A DNA stretch of 50,932 nucleotides. It comes from Chiloscyllium plagiosum. Its lineage: Eukaryota. This document shows positions 34,301 to 46,865 of this stretch, piece after piece. The notes below the pieces were generated by a model. The model had not been told where the DNA came from. It saw nothing but the letters and a program-made list of their open reading frames with translations, and did no database searches. Numbering within the stretch: position 1 is the stretch's first letter; each line of letters opens with the position of its first letter. The stretch is taken from NCBI RefSeq assembly GCF_004010195.1, contig NC_057718.1:46739274-46790205 (forward strand), given 5' to 3'. The position numbers were made by a program, and so were the translations under genes.

Positions 34301-37128
34301 CTAGTTCCAAATGAGAAATAACATAATCAGAGTGGTATTAATACTCAAAGAATGACTAGTGTCCTTGACAGCTTGCCTAATGTTTGCATAATTGTTTCAC
34401 AAAGGTTAGTTGACAAAGACAGATTGACTTATAAACAATAAAGATTCCCAACTCACTTACAAAAAAGACATTGAGTCACAGGAACTTATTTCTACATTCA
34501 AGATTCAACTATCAGTAGCAAAGAAAATAAGATCTTTGGATGAACTGTGGAGTAGAAAGCAAGGACTGCAGATGCTGGAGTATGGAGTCTGAACTGTGGG
34601 GTAAAGGGTTAAATATACCTTTTGTCTAAGAATGTAATTGAGCATGGGCATAAGGAGATGAGTCATACTGATATCTGATCACATGGAATTGGATCCCAAG
34701 TCTGTAGATTTCGTGAAGATATCCCCCCATGACCATCCGCTACATATGCTTAATTAAGCCTTTTAATGTTCACTTCCCCACATGAAGACCTTAAGACAGG
34801 ACAATTTTCTTTTCTCAATCATATACCTCAGTGCAATCTGGCAACGCAGTCCCTAATTTTGCTAAATTATGAGACCAACATATGGCCATTGAAAATATGC
34901 TTTGAAGGGTCAACTTGACATCCTTATTATTTCTTTGATGGGGGAGCAATTCACTGTAGCAATGGATTCTTCCATTGGTTAGGAAAATAAATTCTGGAAG
35001 GATTTTGACATTAATAGGAAGTATAAACAGCAGCATTTACTGAAAGCCTTAACTATTACTGTAGAGAAGTATAGTGATGGAGCTTAGGATTGTATGGTAC
35101 TGGAATAGATAGTGAGGGAACGGGAGTGACACAGTCACTTTTAAAATTATAGGTACCATATGTTTTGAAATAAGATAAGGAGATTACCACAAAAACCTGA
35201 ACTATAATTCAATATAAATTAAATAATTTTGAGTTAAGAGACATGACTATGACATAGACACTCTGATACAAAATTGGTAGAGTGTTACATAGAAAACTTA
35301 GAAGAATATTAAGTTTTTTTCTGGCCTAGAGATGAGAAGGTTCATTGTAATGTCTTGAAATAAATTAATTAATTCAACATAGTACAGTTACAATGATTGA
35401 AATTGGTACTTACTCTGAAATAATATTATTGTTTACAATAATATACAGGTTCAACACCAACTGACCAAATGCTTGAGCAAAAGACATTGATAAAAGCTAC
35501 AAAGTAAGCATTTACTTCAATTTCAGTTCAGAAATATTTTTGCCTTTTTCCAACACAATTGAAGTTCACATTTGAGTGGACCACAATGGTACCCTAAGTT
35601 ACATGTCAAAACTGGACTTCCAACAAAATTACAAGGTTATAACAAACACCATCAATTCTACATCATAATGTTAACAACATTACAACTTTCCAATGCTGAG
35701 GGTGTCGGTGCAGGAAAGTATACATCTGTCACATAAAAACAGCCATGAGATTTTTCACTTTAGAAGAGGGGTCAATACTGCACTTTACAGCAAGGACACC
35801 AAGTATTTAAGTGGCTACTTGAACTGCCATGACACACAAGGCTATAGGCCAACTGCTGGAAACTGTGGTTAGAATAGCTAGGTGCTTGACGGCTGGATGT
35901 GGACACAATGGGCTGAGGGGCCTTTTTCCACTGTCAACGGGGAAAGTAAAACAGTTGAATACTTTTAAAAGCAAATTAAGTAAGCATTGTGAGATCCTGC
36001 AGAGTATGTGAAAATATGGGGAGAATGAATACTAACCTTCATAGGGCAAATATAATAGTGCAACACTTACATTTAAAAATTACTTATAAAAATGCCTTTT
36101 CCCTTTTCCTGTATCATCCAATATAAATCAATGATTCATAACCATTTTTATATTACTTTCAAGCAATTTTAAACATCTGGATGCACGTAAACTGGACAAA
36201 ATTTTCAAATACTCATGCCTTGTTACAGTGAAACCATCTGGACAAATCAGTCCATTTGCAAGTTTCCTTAGTGATAGACACTCCCTTGGGCAATTTGGTC
36301 TTTTGCAATCAATAATAACTGCCCTATCCATCATGAATCTTGCATCCTTTTAGGTACTGTTTCCCCAAGGACTTCTGCTATTTCAGCTGTTATGAATATA
36401 TGGCTACAATCTACTGTTACAGTGTTCTGTCATTAAAAATAACAATATAGAAAATTAAAAATAAAATATAGATCCAATAAACTAAAAATCGCCTTTGTTT
36501 ATAATCTCCAAAATATTCAACACTTCTTATATGAACAAGAATTAGTCCACATCTGTGCTGAGGTATTGGTTCGAATAGTAACTACATTTCCACCTTGCCC
36601 ACAAATTCAAGTTAGGCTTTCTTTGCAAAGAAATCAATCCATTTTCCATTTAGATTTGTGTCTGACAGAAACTTTTAGTTCTTGAGCTTATTAAGGCCTT
36701 GGATGAATTTCTACCAATGTGAACACTAATTCAAAATTCAATACAGTCTCCTGACTTTTGACCAAATTTGAAGAGAGAAGGAAACCATGGACAGACTCCT
36801 GAGAAGACCTTAGAGGTCTTGGTACGGCAGTGAGAACCTGGTCCACCCCGTTCCACTCAGCTGCTGAACATGCCTGAGGAGGTGTAAGTCATACCTACCA
36901 AAGGCTGGTAACTCAATTGAGCAACAGTGCCACTGGGATAACAGTGGCTGCCATCAGTATGACACCCACACAAGGCCCAGGATTGTCTCCAACTTGCAGG
37001 CTGGAGGTGAGTGATGGCAAGAGGAGGACAGCAATGTGGAGAAATGGAGAATCAGTGAAAAGGAGTGGTTTTTGGAAACCAAACAGAGGGAACAAGATTT
37101 CATCCTATGATGACTGGATTACAATTAC

Positions 37129-37510
37129 CTTCATTCTCATTTCTCGAGCATGTTTTTCCAACTCCTTCTGTGTCTCTTCTCTGCTCATCTTTCCCGTGTT
37201 TAAAACCAAATGTTTCCATTCGATCTGCTGGAAGCTGTGTGGATCATGGGATACATACAAACCAATCTTCACCTTTTTCACAGTGTGCAGGTACTTTCTG
37301 TAAGAGTCTTCAAATTCAAAAAACAGGTCACTGAGAGTTCGAAAGGTCAAGGGCTTGTCCATCAAGTCCTCTCTCCTGCTCATGCCTAGTGTTCCATAGC
37401 GACCATTGTAATAGACACCCAGCACCACGTGGTGAAAGCAGTTCCCTGAGAACTGGGTTTTAAAGCTGATAGGAAACCTTTCTACAGCTGCTAATCCATT
37501 CGTCAGGTAT
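37129..37510 (-). CDS. VASH2: Vasohibin-2 internal coding exon (catalytic core), 382 nt, phase 2 in / phase 0 out
   Basis: Minus strand reads cag|A TAC CTG ACG... = YLTNGLAAVERFPISFKTQFSGNCFHHVVLGVYYNGRYGTLGMSRREDLMDKPLTFRTLSDLFFEFEDSYRKYLHTVKKVKIGLYVSHDPHSFQQIEWKHLVLNTGKMSREETQKELEKHAREMRMK|gtaatt. FHHVVLG, LMDKPLTFRTLSDL and KYLHTVKKVKIGLY match VASH2 rather than VASH1. The catalytic His (codon 37431-37429) and the GMSRR Ser are intact. Boundaries are canonical AG/GT. Confidence 0.97.
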
Positions 37511-37530
37511 CTGAGGGTTATGTTAAGGAG
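37511..37530 (-). promoter_or_regulatory. U12-type branch point and 3' splice site of a VASH2 intron
   Basis: Minus strand CTCCTTAACataaccctcAG|: the U12 consensus branch site TCCTTAAC ends 11 nt before the exon, and there is no long polypyrimidine tract. Confidence 0.85.
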
Positions 37531-38919
37531 TCAAATAAATATTTAAAATGCATTTTGTTTTAGAACAGTCACCCAGCTCAGCATAGCTATTTAAATCGGA
37601 GGATGCTTGTTTGAGACCGTGATAGATAAAAAGACTCACTAAAATGATTTTATTAAATAATTCAGTAGTAAATTAATTGTGTATTATGTATGCATAATGG
37701 AAAATTGGAATGACCATAACCAAAAACAAAACGGGTATAACATTCCAGAGTGCTATTGGTCTGTGTTGCCTTATGTGATTTTGGAAAGCAATAACTTTGC
37801 ATCAAACTGCTTCTGGCATTCATAGAATCAAAAGTTAACTTATCCAGTCTTCCTGCTTCTAACTGTTATAGAGAAACTTTGACTGGAAAGTGCCTGTGGG
37901 AACAACAAGGAACATGGTCATTTGTAATTATTCTATTCCTGCCCTTGGACAGATAGTCTTCCAATATTCAGGGTGGCATTTAGTATTATACTACATAGAG
38001 TGTATAAGATGAGAGGGTGGCATTCTTGCCATTGTCTCACTAAAGCGTTTGATAGGTAGGCACATTGTTAGCCTACCCACCCTACTCCAATCGAGGTGTT
38101 TAAGAAGCAATGAATATCCAATTAAGGACATCCTCCCATCACTGCTGCAGTTAAGCCAGGGGCAGATGGAGACTCTACAAACAGCAAACCATTCAAGCCA
38201 GCTCCGATGTGTTTGCTTGTGGGTTTCTGCAGCACGGGAATCCCAAATCGACAAGTATTTTGTGCCTGATCGATGGAGCTTGCATGGGAAAGGGAGCCTG
38301 CTGAGAACCACAACCGTGCTCTTGTTGCCTCCAACTGACCAACACTCAGTGGATGGGACTTCTGACCTTGGAGTCATTAACCCAGTGAATCCCCTTCCCA
38401 ACCCACAGCCAGTTAAGTGCCTGATTAGCACCTCTAAAGTGAGCCTTCCCAACAACCTTGGACCTCCAGCCAACAGCTCAGAACCACGTCGCCTCCATGA
38501 AATATCCCCTTCACTATCTAAGGTTGTATATGAAGAATGACTATTTAAGAAGTATATGTGTCCAAATCCTTCTGGATAGACAGAGGAGGGCAAAGCAACA
38601 GAAAAAAAGACAAAGACGTGTGAAAGTAATTTATAATAGCAGGTATCTATCTTAGCTTTTGTTCTTGAGATATGAAGTGATGTCTAAATCCCGTAAACAA
38701 TTGCAATGTTGAGTTGCTAAAATGCTCTATTAAAAATCTCCTCTGAGGTCATCACTTTAAACCATTGCAGTTGCTCCATGTTATGCTCTGATTCAATTTG
38801 TAACTTTATTACTGCCTTTTATTCAAAAACCTCAAAGAATTTTCTCTTCAACACCAATTTCTTGAAAAGCACCTTAGGAAAGGTTGGTATTGCTTTCTGA
38901 AGTATTACTTACTTCAGTG

Positions 38920-39055
38920 GCCTCATCCCTGAAGAAGGGCTTATGCCCGAAACGTCGATTCTCCTGCTCCTCGTCTGCTGCCTGGCCTGCTGTGTTTTTC
39001 CAGCACCACATTTTTCAACTCTGGTCTCCAGCATCTGCAGTCCTCACTTTCCCCT
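38920..39055 (+). mobile_element. Penelope-like 3' terminal fragment with hammerhead-like motif
   Basis: ccctgaagaagggcttatgcccgaaacgtcgattctcctgctcctcg...ccagcatctgcagtcctcacttt. Confidence 0.85.
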
Positions 39056-39109
39056 TTTAAAGTATGAATCCCCAATACCCATTGATTAGAATGCAGGCAG
39101 CATGCTAAT

Positions 39110-39430
39110 GTTAGGAATAGGAGTAGGCCATTCGGCCCTCAAGCCTGTTCCACCAGTCAAAAAGATCATGGCTGATTTGTGGCCTAACTTCATATACCCG
39201 CTTTTGGCCATAGACCTTAACACCTTTCCTTAGCAAAAATTTATCTATCACAGATTTAAAATTAATAACGGATCCCGAATCTATTGCCAATTGCAAAAGA
39301 CTAATCCAAACATCTCCCACTGTTCGTGTGTAGACATACTTCCAAACATAGCTCCTAAATCTTCTAGCCCTCTATGCCCCCTAGTTCTAGAATCCCCAAC
39401 CAGTTTATCTTTATCTACCCTGTTTTTCTG
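39110..39430 (-). mobile_element. CR1-group LINE 3' end
   Basis: GSVINFKSVIDKFLLRKGVKVYG plus the 3' UTR (ggagtaggccattcggccctcaagcctg on the + strand). Confidence 0.75.
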
Positions 39431-39559
39431 TTGGGCTATTGTGGTGTCTGCTCATTCCAGTGACTCTAGTGGCTAGCCAGAATCATCGGCAGAGAGCAAA
39501 TACCATAATTGGCTCTAACATTGCTTAAAGGTAGCCCGAATTGCTGAAAGCTGGCCTGT

Positions 39560-40100
39560 GGTTTTTCTTAATTTATTCATAGTACGTCAATGTCATTGGC
39601 TGGGCCAGCATTTCTTGCCCATCTCGAATTACCCTTGAGAAAGTGCTGGTGACGTGCCTTCCTGAACCTCTGCAGATCTTGAAACATAGGGGCATCCACT
39701 GGACTGTTAGGAAAGGATTTCAAGATTTTAACACAGCAACAGTGAAGGGTCAGTGGAAAGCTTCCACATCAGAATGGTTACTGGGTTGGAGGGGAACTGG
39801 GTGCTGCTCTTGTCCTACTAAATGGTAGTGGTCATGGGGTGGAAAATGTCTGAAGACCTTTGGTGAATTTTTACAATTCATCTGATGCTATTGAACGTTG
39901 GACTTGGAGGGTAAGAATGTTTATAGATGTGGTGCCAGTCAAGTGGAATTCTTTGTCCTGGATGGTGTCAGGCTTCTTGAGTGTTATTTGAACTGCACTC
40001 AAGTGGGAAGAATTCCATCATACTCCTGACTTGTACCTTGTAGATGGTGCACAGACTTTGGGGATTCAAGAGCTCAGTTACTTGCTACAAAACTTCTGAC
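39560..40100 (-). mobile_element. 3' end of the LINE family seen at 9375-11695
   Basis: ggctgggccagcatttcttgcccatc...ctttgtcctggatggtgtcaggcttc...tcctgacttgtaccttgtagatgg is the reverse of about 11180-11680. Confidence 0.75.
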
Positions 40101-40739
40101 CTTTAATATAAAAAGTTTTAGTCTGTTCATGCCTTATAATTTATTAATTCCATTATTAGCATTTTCACTGCATTATTTTCACGTTGCCTCTTTGAAAGAC
40201 ACTCAGAGGTTAATATATGGTCTCTTCAATAAAATTCTAGTAAGTTTACTCCACGGGCTTTGATTTTCAATGACAAGTTGAAGATTTATTGATTGCAGTT
40301 TCTTGATTCTAATTCCATTCCATGTCTTTGAGGTTCACATGAAGAGCTATTCAAATGTGATTGTTCTAAATGGTCCAGCAGCATATTTGGCCAAATCCAG
40401 TCCCTTAGTCAGGCACTGACTGCCTTTGATCAAGAAACTGTGGGATGGTTGGTCATAGACCTTTCTATCCAAGATCTAATGCTGATAGAAATGAGAAGGT
40501 AGTGGAGTTTGGGTATGCCACCACCTTACCTATTTAGTACCCTTCTTGCCTCTAAACTTGCCACATTTGGGAGAATAAAATTACACCCTTTATGTTCAAA
40601 GCTCTGCCAAACCATTTTTTTTGCCCCTCAAAGACATTTGAAAATCCTATCCTTTGAAGTTCAGAGAATGTCATCAGGACAGAACAAATCTGACATAAAA
40701 TGTAAATGTTTGGAATTCTCTTTCACAAATGGCAACGGA

Positions 40740-40915
40740 TGCTGGATCAGTTGTTAATTTTAAATCCAAAGTAGATGCAATTTGTTAAACAAAGGTATTA
40801 AGGGATATAGACCAAAGGGAGGTTGATGGTGTTAGGCGACAGATCAACCATGATTTCACTGAATGGCGAAATAGGTTTGAGGGGCTGAATGGCCTACTGA
40901 TCCTATGTTCCCATA
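40740..40915 (+). mobile_element. CR1-group LINE 3' end
   Basis: GSVVNFKSKVD..LLNKGIKGY plus gaggggctgaatggcctact tail. Confidence 0.7.
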
Positions 40916-41864
40916 AGATTGGGTTGGTTTGAAATCTATCCATTCATGAAAATGCAAATATAATGCTAATTAAGGACTAATTAATTCCTCTGCCATCTTT
41001 TGTACAATGCATCAAAGTATTGTTTTTCTTTAATTTGAGACTGGGGCATAGAATATGCAAAGACAAGGTTAATAATTGAGATGACTGGTTTGTCACAATC
41101 TGCTCTCTTCCCAAATCATATTTTTTGGATATGGTACAAATATGATTTCCAAATAAAAAAAAACTTTCACTTACAGCATATGTCACTCGGTCTGTTCCCA
41201 TTGAATGAAACTGTTTGTTAATGTCTCAGACACTCAGACATTCTGTGGACTGGACTTGCCCTATTGTATCTCAGTATGCTTTTGAGGCCAGTCAAATGAA
41301 CCTGTCAAATTTTAATATTCCTGCTTTGCCATATGGAGTTGAACTCTCTGATCGATCATTTTATTCCTCTGGATTTTCGCTTTTCTGCAACTGCATGAAA
41401 ACAGCACTGGTGGAAAAAGCTTTCAATTAGATTTAAGTACCATATTTATTTTCATTATCCTGCAAGTTTCCTGTGTTCTACTACAGTTTACCTGTGATTG
41501 CCCACTCCCTGCACCAGTTTCCCCAGTATTTTCCCTACAAACCACAAAATGTTTTAGTTATTCACTGATACTGTTCTTAAATATATTTTAGAGTTTGAAC
41601 AATAACTCTACTTATGATAATTTCTTAGAACCAGCAGCATACCTTCACAAGGAACGTTTTCACTAGTGTAGCAAAATGGCAAGTTAAATAAATATAGTGG
41701 AGCCCACAGTCAGTAGATCCATAATTGTTGCATGAGGACAGGAACTATTGCTCCATTGCTAACATTACTCGACTTTGAGGTCAATGGAAGGTTCTTGAAT
41801 GTACATATTTCTAGCAAGTGTACATGCCTCTATTAACATTTGCAGAGAAAATGTGACAATTAAT

Positions 41865-42172
41865 GGGGAAGATGGCAGTGTAGCAGTAATGTGACTGGGC
41901 TAGTAATCCAGAAGCTGGGGTAAAAGTCTCCAAATGCCACCACAGCAATTGGTAGAATTTGAATTCAATGAAAGAATCTAGAATATAAAGCTAATCTCAG
42001 AATTGATGGCTGTGCAAACAATCACTGACTTTAAAAAGCCATCTGGTTCACTCACAGAAATCTTCTGGCCTCCATGCAACTCCAGACTCATAGCAATGTG
42101 GTTGCCTTTTAAATGCTTTCAGTTCAATTTTGGGATGGATGGCAATGTTGGCATATCCCATGAGAGAATAAA
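41865..42172 (+). mobile_element. tRNA-derived SINE (non-HE1 family)
   Basis: gtgtagcagtaatgtgactgggctagtaatccaga head, aaaaagccatctggttcact...ctccagactcatagcaatgtggttg body and an A-rich end. Confidence 0.6.
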
Positions 42173-43169
42173 ACAAACAGGTACTAAAGTTAATGCTATT
42201 AAGTGGATTAAGAAAGAAAGAATAAATGGTTTTCAATATCATGGTGGATTCTGAAGTTTCAAGAGACCCAATCCTCCATCAGTGGGCTGGGAAATTTCCT
42301 GGTGCCCAGCATACCCATGTTGGTAATTAATCTTAGACTGGCACATAGGAAAGTCCTGACTTGCAAGTCTCTTCAAACTGGATGTACTTGGTAGGAGAGG
42401 GTAGAGGGTCCAGCCTAAACAAGGACCACTGCAAATGGGCAACACAGACACAGACCTGGTATTTGTACCTCAATCGATTTTCTCGTACTTTCCATCACAT
42501 ACAACCCCCAACAGAATATTGCCTGGTGACCTGCAGAGATTCAGGCAGTAACTGGAAAAGTCTGGAAGGGAAGCAATTATTACTTGGAGATTAGTTAATC
42601 GGAGGGTGTGACATTGCCATTTCCTTTTGGCCATCTGTACTGCTTTGGCACTGCAGAACGATAATTTTTCAAGTGAATAAAATTGGATCATGATGAAACA
42701 ATTTATCCATGTTTACATGCACTAAGATTTAACACTGCCAAATTAAAATACAATAAAGTATATTTTAGAAAGTACAAGGAACTTTGGGTAGCCTTGAAGG
42801 ATATACAAACATTTTCTATTGACTCATTGTGTAGTATGTTACTGAGTTAGATTAATAAATAGATTAATTTGACTTATGCTGACACCACTATTGCCCACAA
42901 AACAATAATTAATGAATGGCTATGTTACAACAGTTAATAAAATACATTTTATTGATCTTCCATTGAAAGTGATTGTAATAGATAGCAAGACAATTTTTAC
43001 TGCCTATTCTCTTTTCAAGCAAAACCCTTTTATTTCAGGGAAACAAGACTGAAAATTAAACAAAGTGAAAAAAAGTGCAGGGAACATTAATCCCCACTAT
43101 CCAAAGAAACCTACTTCTGAAAGCCAACTACTGTACTGCCCCCTCCACCCATTAGCATACGAATCAGTA

Positions 43170-44372
43170 CTCCTCCATGTTGAACATCAATGAGAAGAAG
43201 CATTGAGAATATAAAGGTATTGAATGTACTCTGAATAGGAGACTTTAATGCCCATCATAAAGAGTGGCTGGGTCTCGTGGTCAAACTGCTGAGTCTGAAA
43301 GGATATATCTAGGAGACAGGCTTGTGGCAGGTGGTGACAAAACTAGTAAGAGGGAAAACATATTTGACCTTATCTTCATCAATCTACATGTCATAGATGT
43401 GCATGTCCAAAACAGTGTTGATGAGACTTACCGCTGCATAATCCTTGTAGAGACAAAGTCACATCTTCACAGTGAGCAAAGTGCTGTGTGTCACCACCAC
43501 CATGCTAAATGGGATAGGTTCAGAATATCTAGCAGCTCAAAACTGGGCCTTCATGAAACACTGCAAGCCATCAGCAGCAGTAGAATTGTAAGCAATTATA
43601 ATCTATTACCACATGGGCCTGGAATCTCCATTATTCTATTACCATTAGGCCTGGGGATTAACCTGGGTTCATTGAGGGCTCGAGGGTATGTCAGGAGCAA
43701 CACCACACACAATCAAAGGTGAGGCACCAACCCAGTGATGCTTTGACACAGGACCAATAATCCCACAATCCTATGGATCTAAGTTATGAATGGTGCTGAA
43801 CAATTAACGAACTAACATGAGGAAGCATCTCCACAGCATCTCTATCCTCATAGATGGGGGATAGTTACAGTTGTACATGTCAAGTGACCTATTCATCTCA
43901 GCTTCTCCAGAGGTCCTCAGGATAACAGTCTTCAGCCAATTCAATTCACTCTGTGTGACATCAGAAATATCTGAAGATAATCAAAATTGCAAAGGTCTGG
44001 GCTACTGGCAACAATCCAGTTGCAGCATTGAAGACTTGTGTTTCAACACTAGCCCACCTCCCCAGCCAAGCTGTTCCAGGGCAGCTACAACATTGGCACA
44101 GATCAATAATACGATCGACAACAGGTATGTCTTCACCAGCAAAAAGCAGGATAAATCTATCTGACCGAATACTGGCCCATCAGCCCACTCTTTGCCATTG
44201 TAAAGTGGTGGAAGAGTCATTGATAGTGCTAGCAAGTGGCACTCGCACAGAAATAACCTGTTCACTGATGCTCAGTTTGGCTTCTGCCAGAACCATTCAG
44301 CTTCAGACCTCATCATTGCCCTGATCCAAATATGGACATAAGAGCTGAATTCCGGTTGTGATTTAAGGTCAA
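43170..44372 (+). mobile_element. Second decayed copy of the LINE family at 9375-11695 (endonuclease to RT start)
   Basis: GDFNAHHKEWLG, RENIFDLIFINL and cagtttggcttctgccagaaccattcagcttcagacctcatc are colinear with about 9700-10600. Confidence 0.75.
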
Positions 44373-44374
44373 TG

Positions 44375-44500
44375 TTGTAACATTAGAACTGTAGGAATCC
44401 GAATGCACACAGTGACCAGTGAAAATTGGCTTGTGATAAACAGTAGTGGAGAACCCATTAGCAGATTTCTCACCCAGCTGTCCAGGAAAGAAAGCTCGAT
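44375..44500 (-). mobile_element. Penelope-like RT C-terminal fragment
   Basis: EKSANGFSTTVYHKPIFTGHCVHSDSYSS resembles the PLE TTVYRKPTxTG motif. Confidence 0.65.
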
Positions 44501-45574
44501 AAATTGATCCTTTCCTAAGGCGAGTTATGAGAAATTCAGGCTCAGTTACTGGAATTGTTGGTGGCACTGGGGTGATCAGTTCTCCAAAATTTCGTTCACG
44601 AATTAAGTTGCAATTCAGTAAAATATGAGCAAATTCAAGCAGTTTAATGACATATCCATGGGTTAATATTAATACAACAAGACAGACAAGACAGGTTTCC
44701 TTTGAAATTACTGTAGATTTCTATATTCCTTGAAAGACCTTAAATATTGAAAAATAGAATAAAAACAACTTTTCACATTACATCAACTCAAATCCAAAGC
44801 CAAAGGAACTTGTTGATTTTTGTGTGTTGATTGAATAGATGACTTCCAAGTATAAAAACAAATTTACACATTGAAAGTAATAACATTTTAATATTGTCAT
44901 TTCTTGTTATGTGTCATAAGTGAAACACCTTCAAAATGTTTGTAATACAAATATTCATGTCGCTGTCTCTATTGTGTAACACACAAACCTCCACTGGGAA
45001 TATTTCCAGTGAATCACCACCTTCAACACAATACAAGTCTATTCCCATTTTAAAAAATTCTATCTGAAGTTCTTAAATTTTTGTACAATAATTTTATAAT
45101 TGATTTGAAATGAACAAATTCATACAAACTTCTAGACTCTAGGATTAAACCCAGCCAACTCCTAAGCAACTAGAATCCTCTTCAACTCAGAATCAAGTGG
45201 AGCTTCTAGATTCAAACTCCACTGGCACCAAAAGTTGGTCCTTCTCCTGCTCCAGAAATGGCTAGATCCAGCATCGCTCCATTACTGATTCTGAACTTGA
45301 ATCATTTCTCATTCATTGGTCATGAGTGTGCAATCACCATCATAGATTCCACCCTGGTATAAACTTACAGCCCTCCAATTTTTCACTCAGAACTGGTTCA
45401 AATAGCTGCCTTCCTGCTGATAATTTACAGTCAAAATGAGGGATCAGGTAATGATCATTAATTGATCTGCTCTGTCAGAAGACAGGGTTCCCCACATACT
45501 ATGCAAGTCTGCTTGACAGACTTCGTTTCCAGAACTGAACCTGCATCTTAACCTTAACAGAATCCTGAACCAAG

Positions 45575-46850
45575 ACTCACAAGTCCCTTTGTGCTTCCGA
45601 TTTTTGAAGCCTTTCTTCATTTAGAAAATAGTCTAAGCCTCTATTCTTCCTACCAAAATGCAGAACCGCACACTTTCCCACATTGTGTTCCATCTGCCAC
45701 TCATTTGCCCACTCTTCTAACCCGTCCAAGTCCTTCTGCAGCCTCTCCACTAGCTCAACATTACCCGCCCCTCCATCTATCTTTGTGTCACGTGCAAACT
45801 CAGCAACAATGCCCTTAGTTCCTTCATCCAGATTGTTAATGCATAATTTGAATAATTGTGATCCCAATACAGACCCCTACAGAACTCCACTAGTCACCAG
45901 CTACCATTCTGAAAAATACCCCTTTTTCCCACTCTCTACCTTCTACCAGTCAGCCAATACTCTACTTATGCAAGTACCTTACTTCTAACACCATGAGCTC
46001 TTATTTAACAGCACCTTGTCAAAGGCCTTCTGGAAATCCAAACAGATCATGTCTGTTTGGCTCTCATTTGTCTAACTTGCTCATTACCTCCTCAAAGAAT
46101 TCTAATGGATTTGTCAGGCATGATCTTCCCTTGATGAAGCCATGCTGACTCAGCCCTTTTTTACCAAGCACTTTGAAATACTCCGCAATCTCATCTTTAA
46201 TAATGGACTCTCAAATCTTACCAACGGCCAAATTCAGGCTAGCCAGCTTACAGTTTCCTGTCTTCTGCCTCCCTTCCTTCTTAAACAGTGGTGTAATAAT
46301 AGCCATTTTCTAGTCCTCTGGAACCCTCCCTGACTCCAGTGATTCCTAAAAGATCACCACCAATGCCTCCACAATCTCCTCAGTTATCTCCTTCAGAAAT
46401 CTCGGGTGTTGTCCATCCAATCCAAATGATTTATCCAACTTCAGACTTTTCAGCTTTGCCAGTACTTTCTCCTTAGTGATGGCCACTAAAGTCACCTCTG
46501 CCCCCTGACTCCCTTGAAGTTCTGGTATGCTGTTGGCGTCATTCACCATGAAGATTGATGCAAAGTACCTATTCAGTTCCTCCGTCATTTCTTTGTTCCC
46601 CATTATTAATTATCCAGCCTAATTTCCCAGTGGTCCAACGTCCACTCTTACTTCTCTCTTACCTTTTAGATATCTAAAATAAAACTCTTGCCATCTTCTT
46701 TATTATTACTAGCTAATTTACTCTCATATTTCATCTTCTTCCCCTTTATTGCTTTTTTTAGTTATCCTTTGCTGGGTTTCAAAAGCTACTCAATCCTCTG
46801 GCTTCCCATTAATCTTCACTATATTGTTTGCTTTTTCTTTTGCATTTATG
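45575..46850 (-). mobile_element. CR1 LINE ORF2 (RT) fragment
   Basis: MTEELNRYFASIF, GLDGQHPRFLKEITEEIVEAL, QLFKLCINNLDEGTKGIVAEFARDTKI, WANEWQMEHNVGKC. Confidence 0.9.
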
Positions 46851-46865
46851 GTGATGGAAGGAAGT

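Noticed and set aside
36917..37334. Plus-strand ORFs overlapping the VASH2 exon
   Set aside because: Antisense shadow of a real coding exon, with no independent evidence.
42590..42640. Minus-strand KEMAMSHPPIN resembling VASH2 KEMTRESLPIK
   Set aside because: An in-frame stop follows, and there is no CLEAVILG and no U12 donor; chance similarity.
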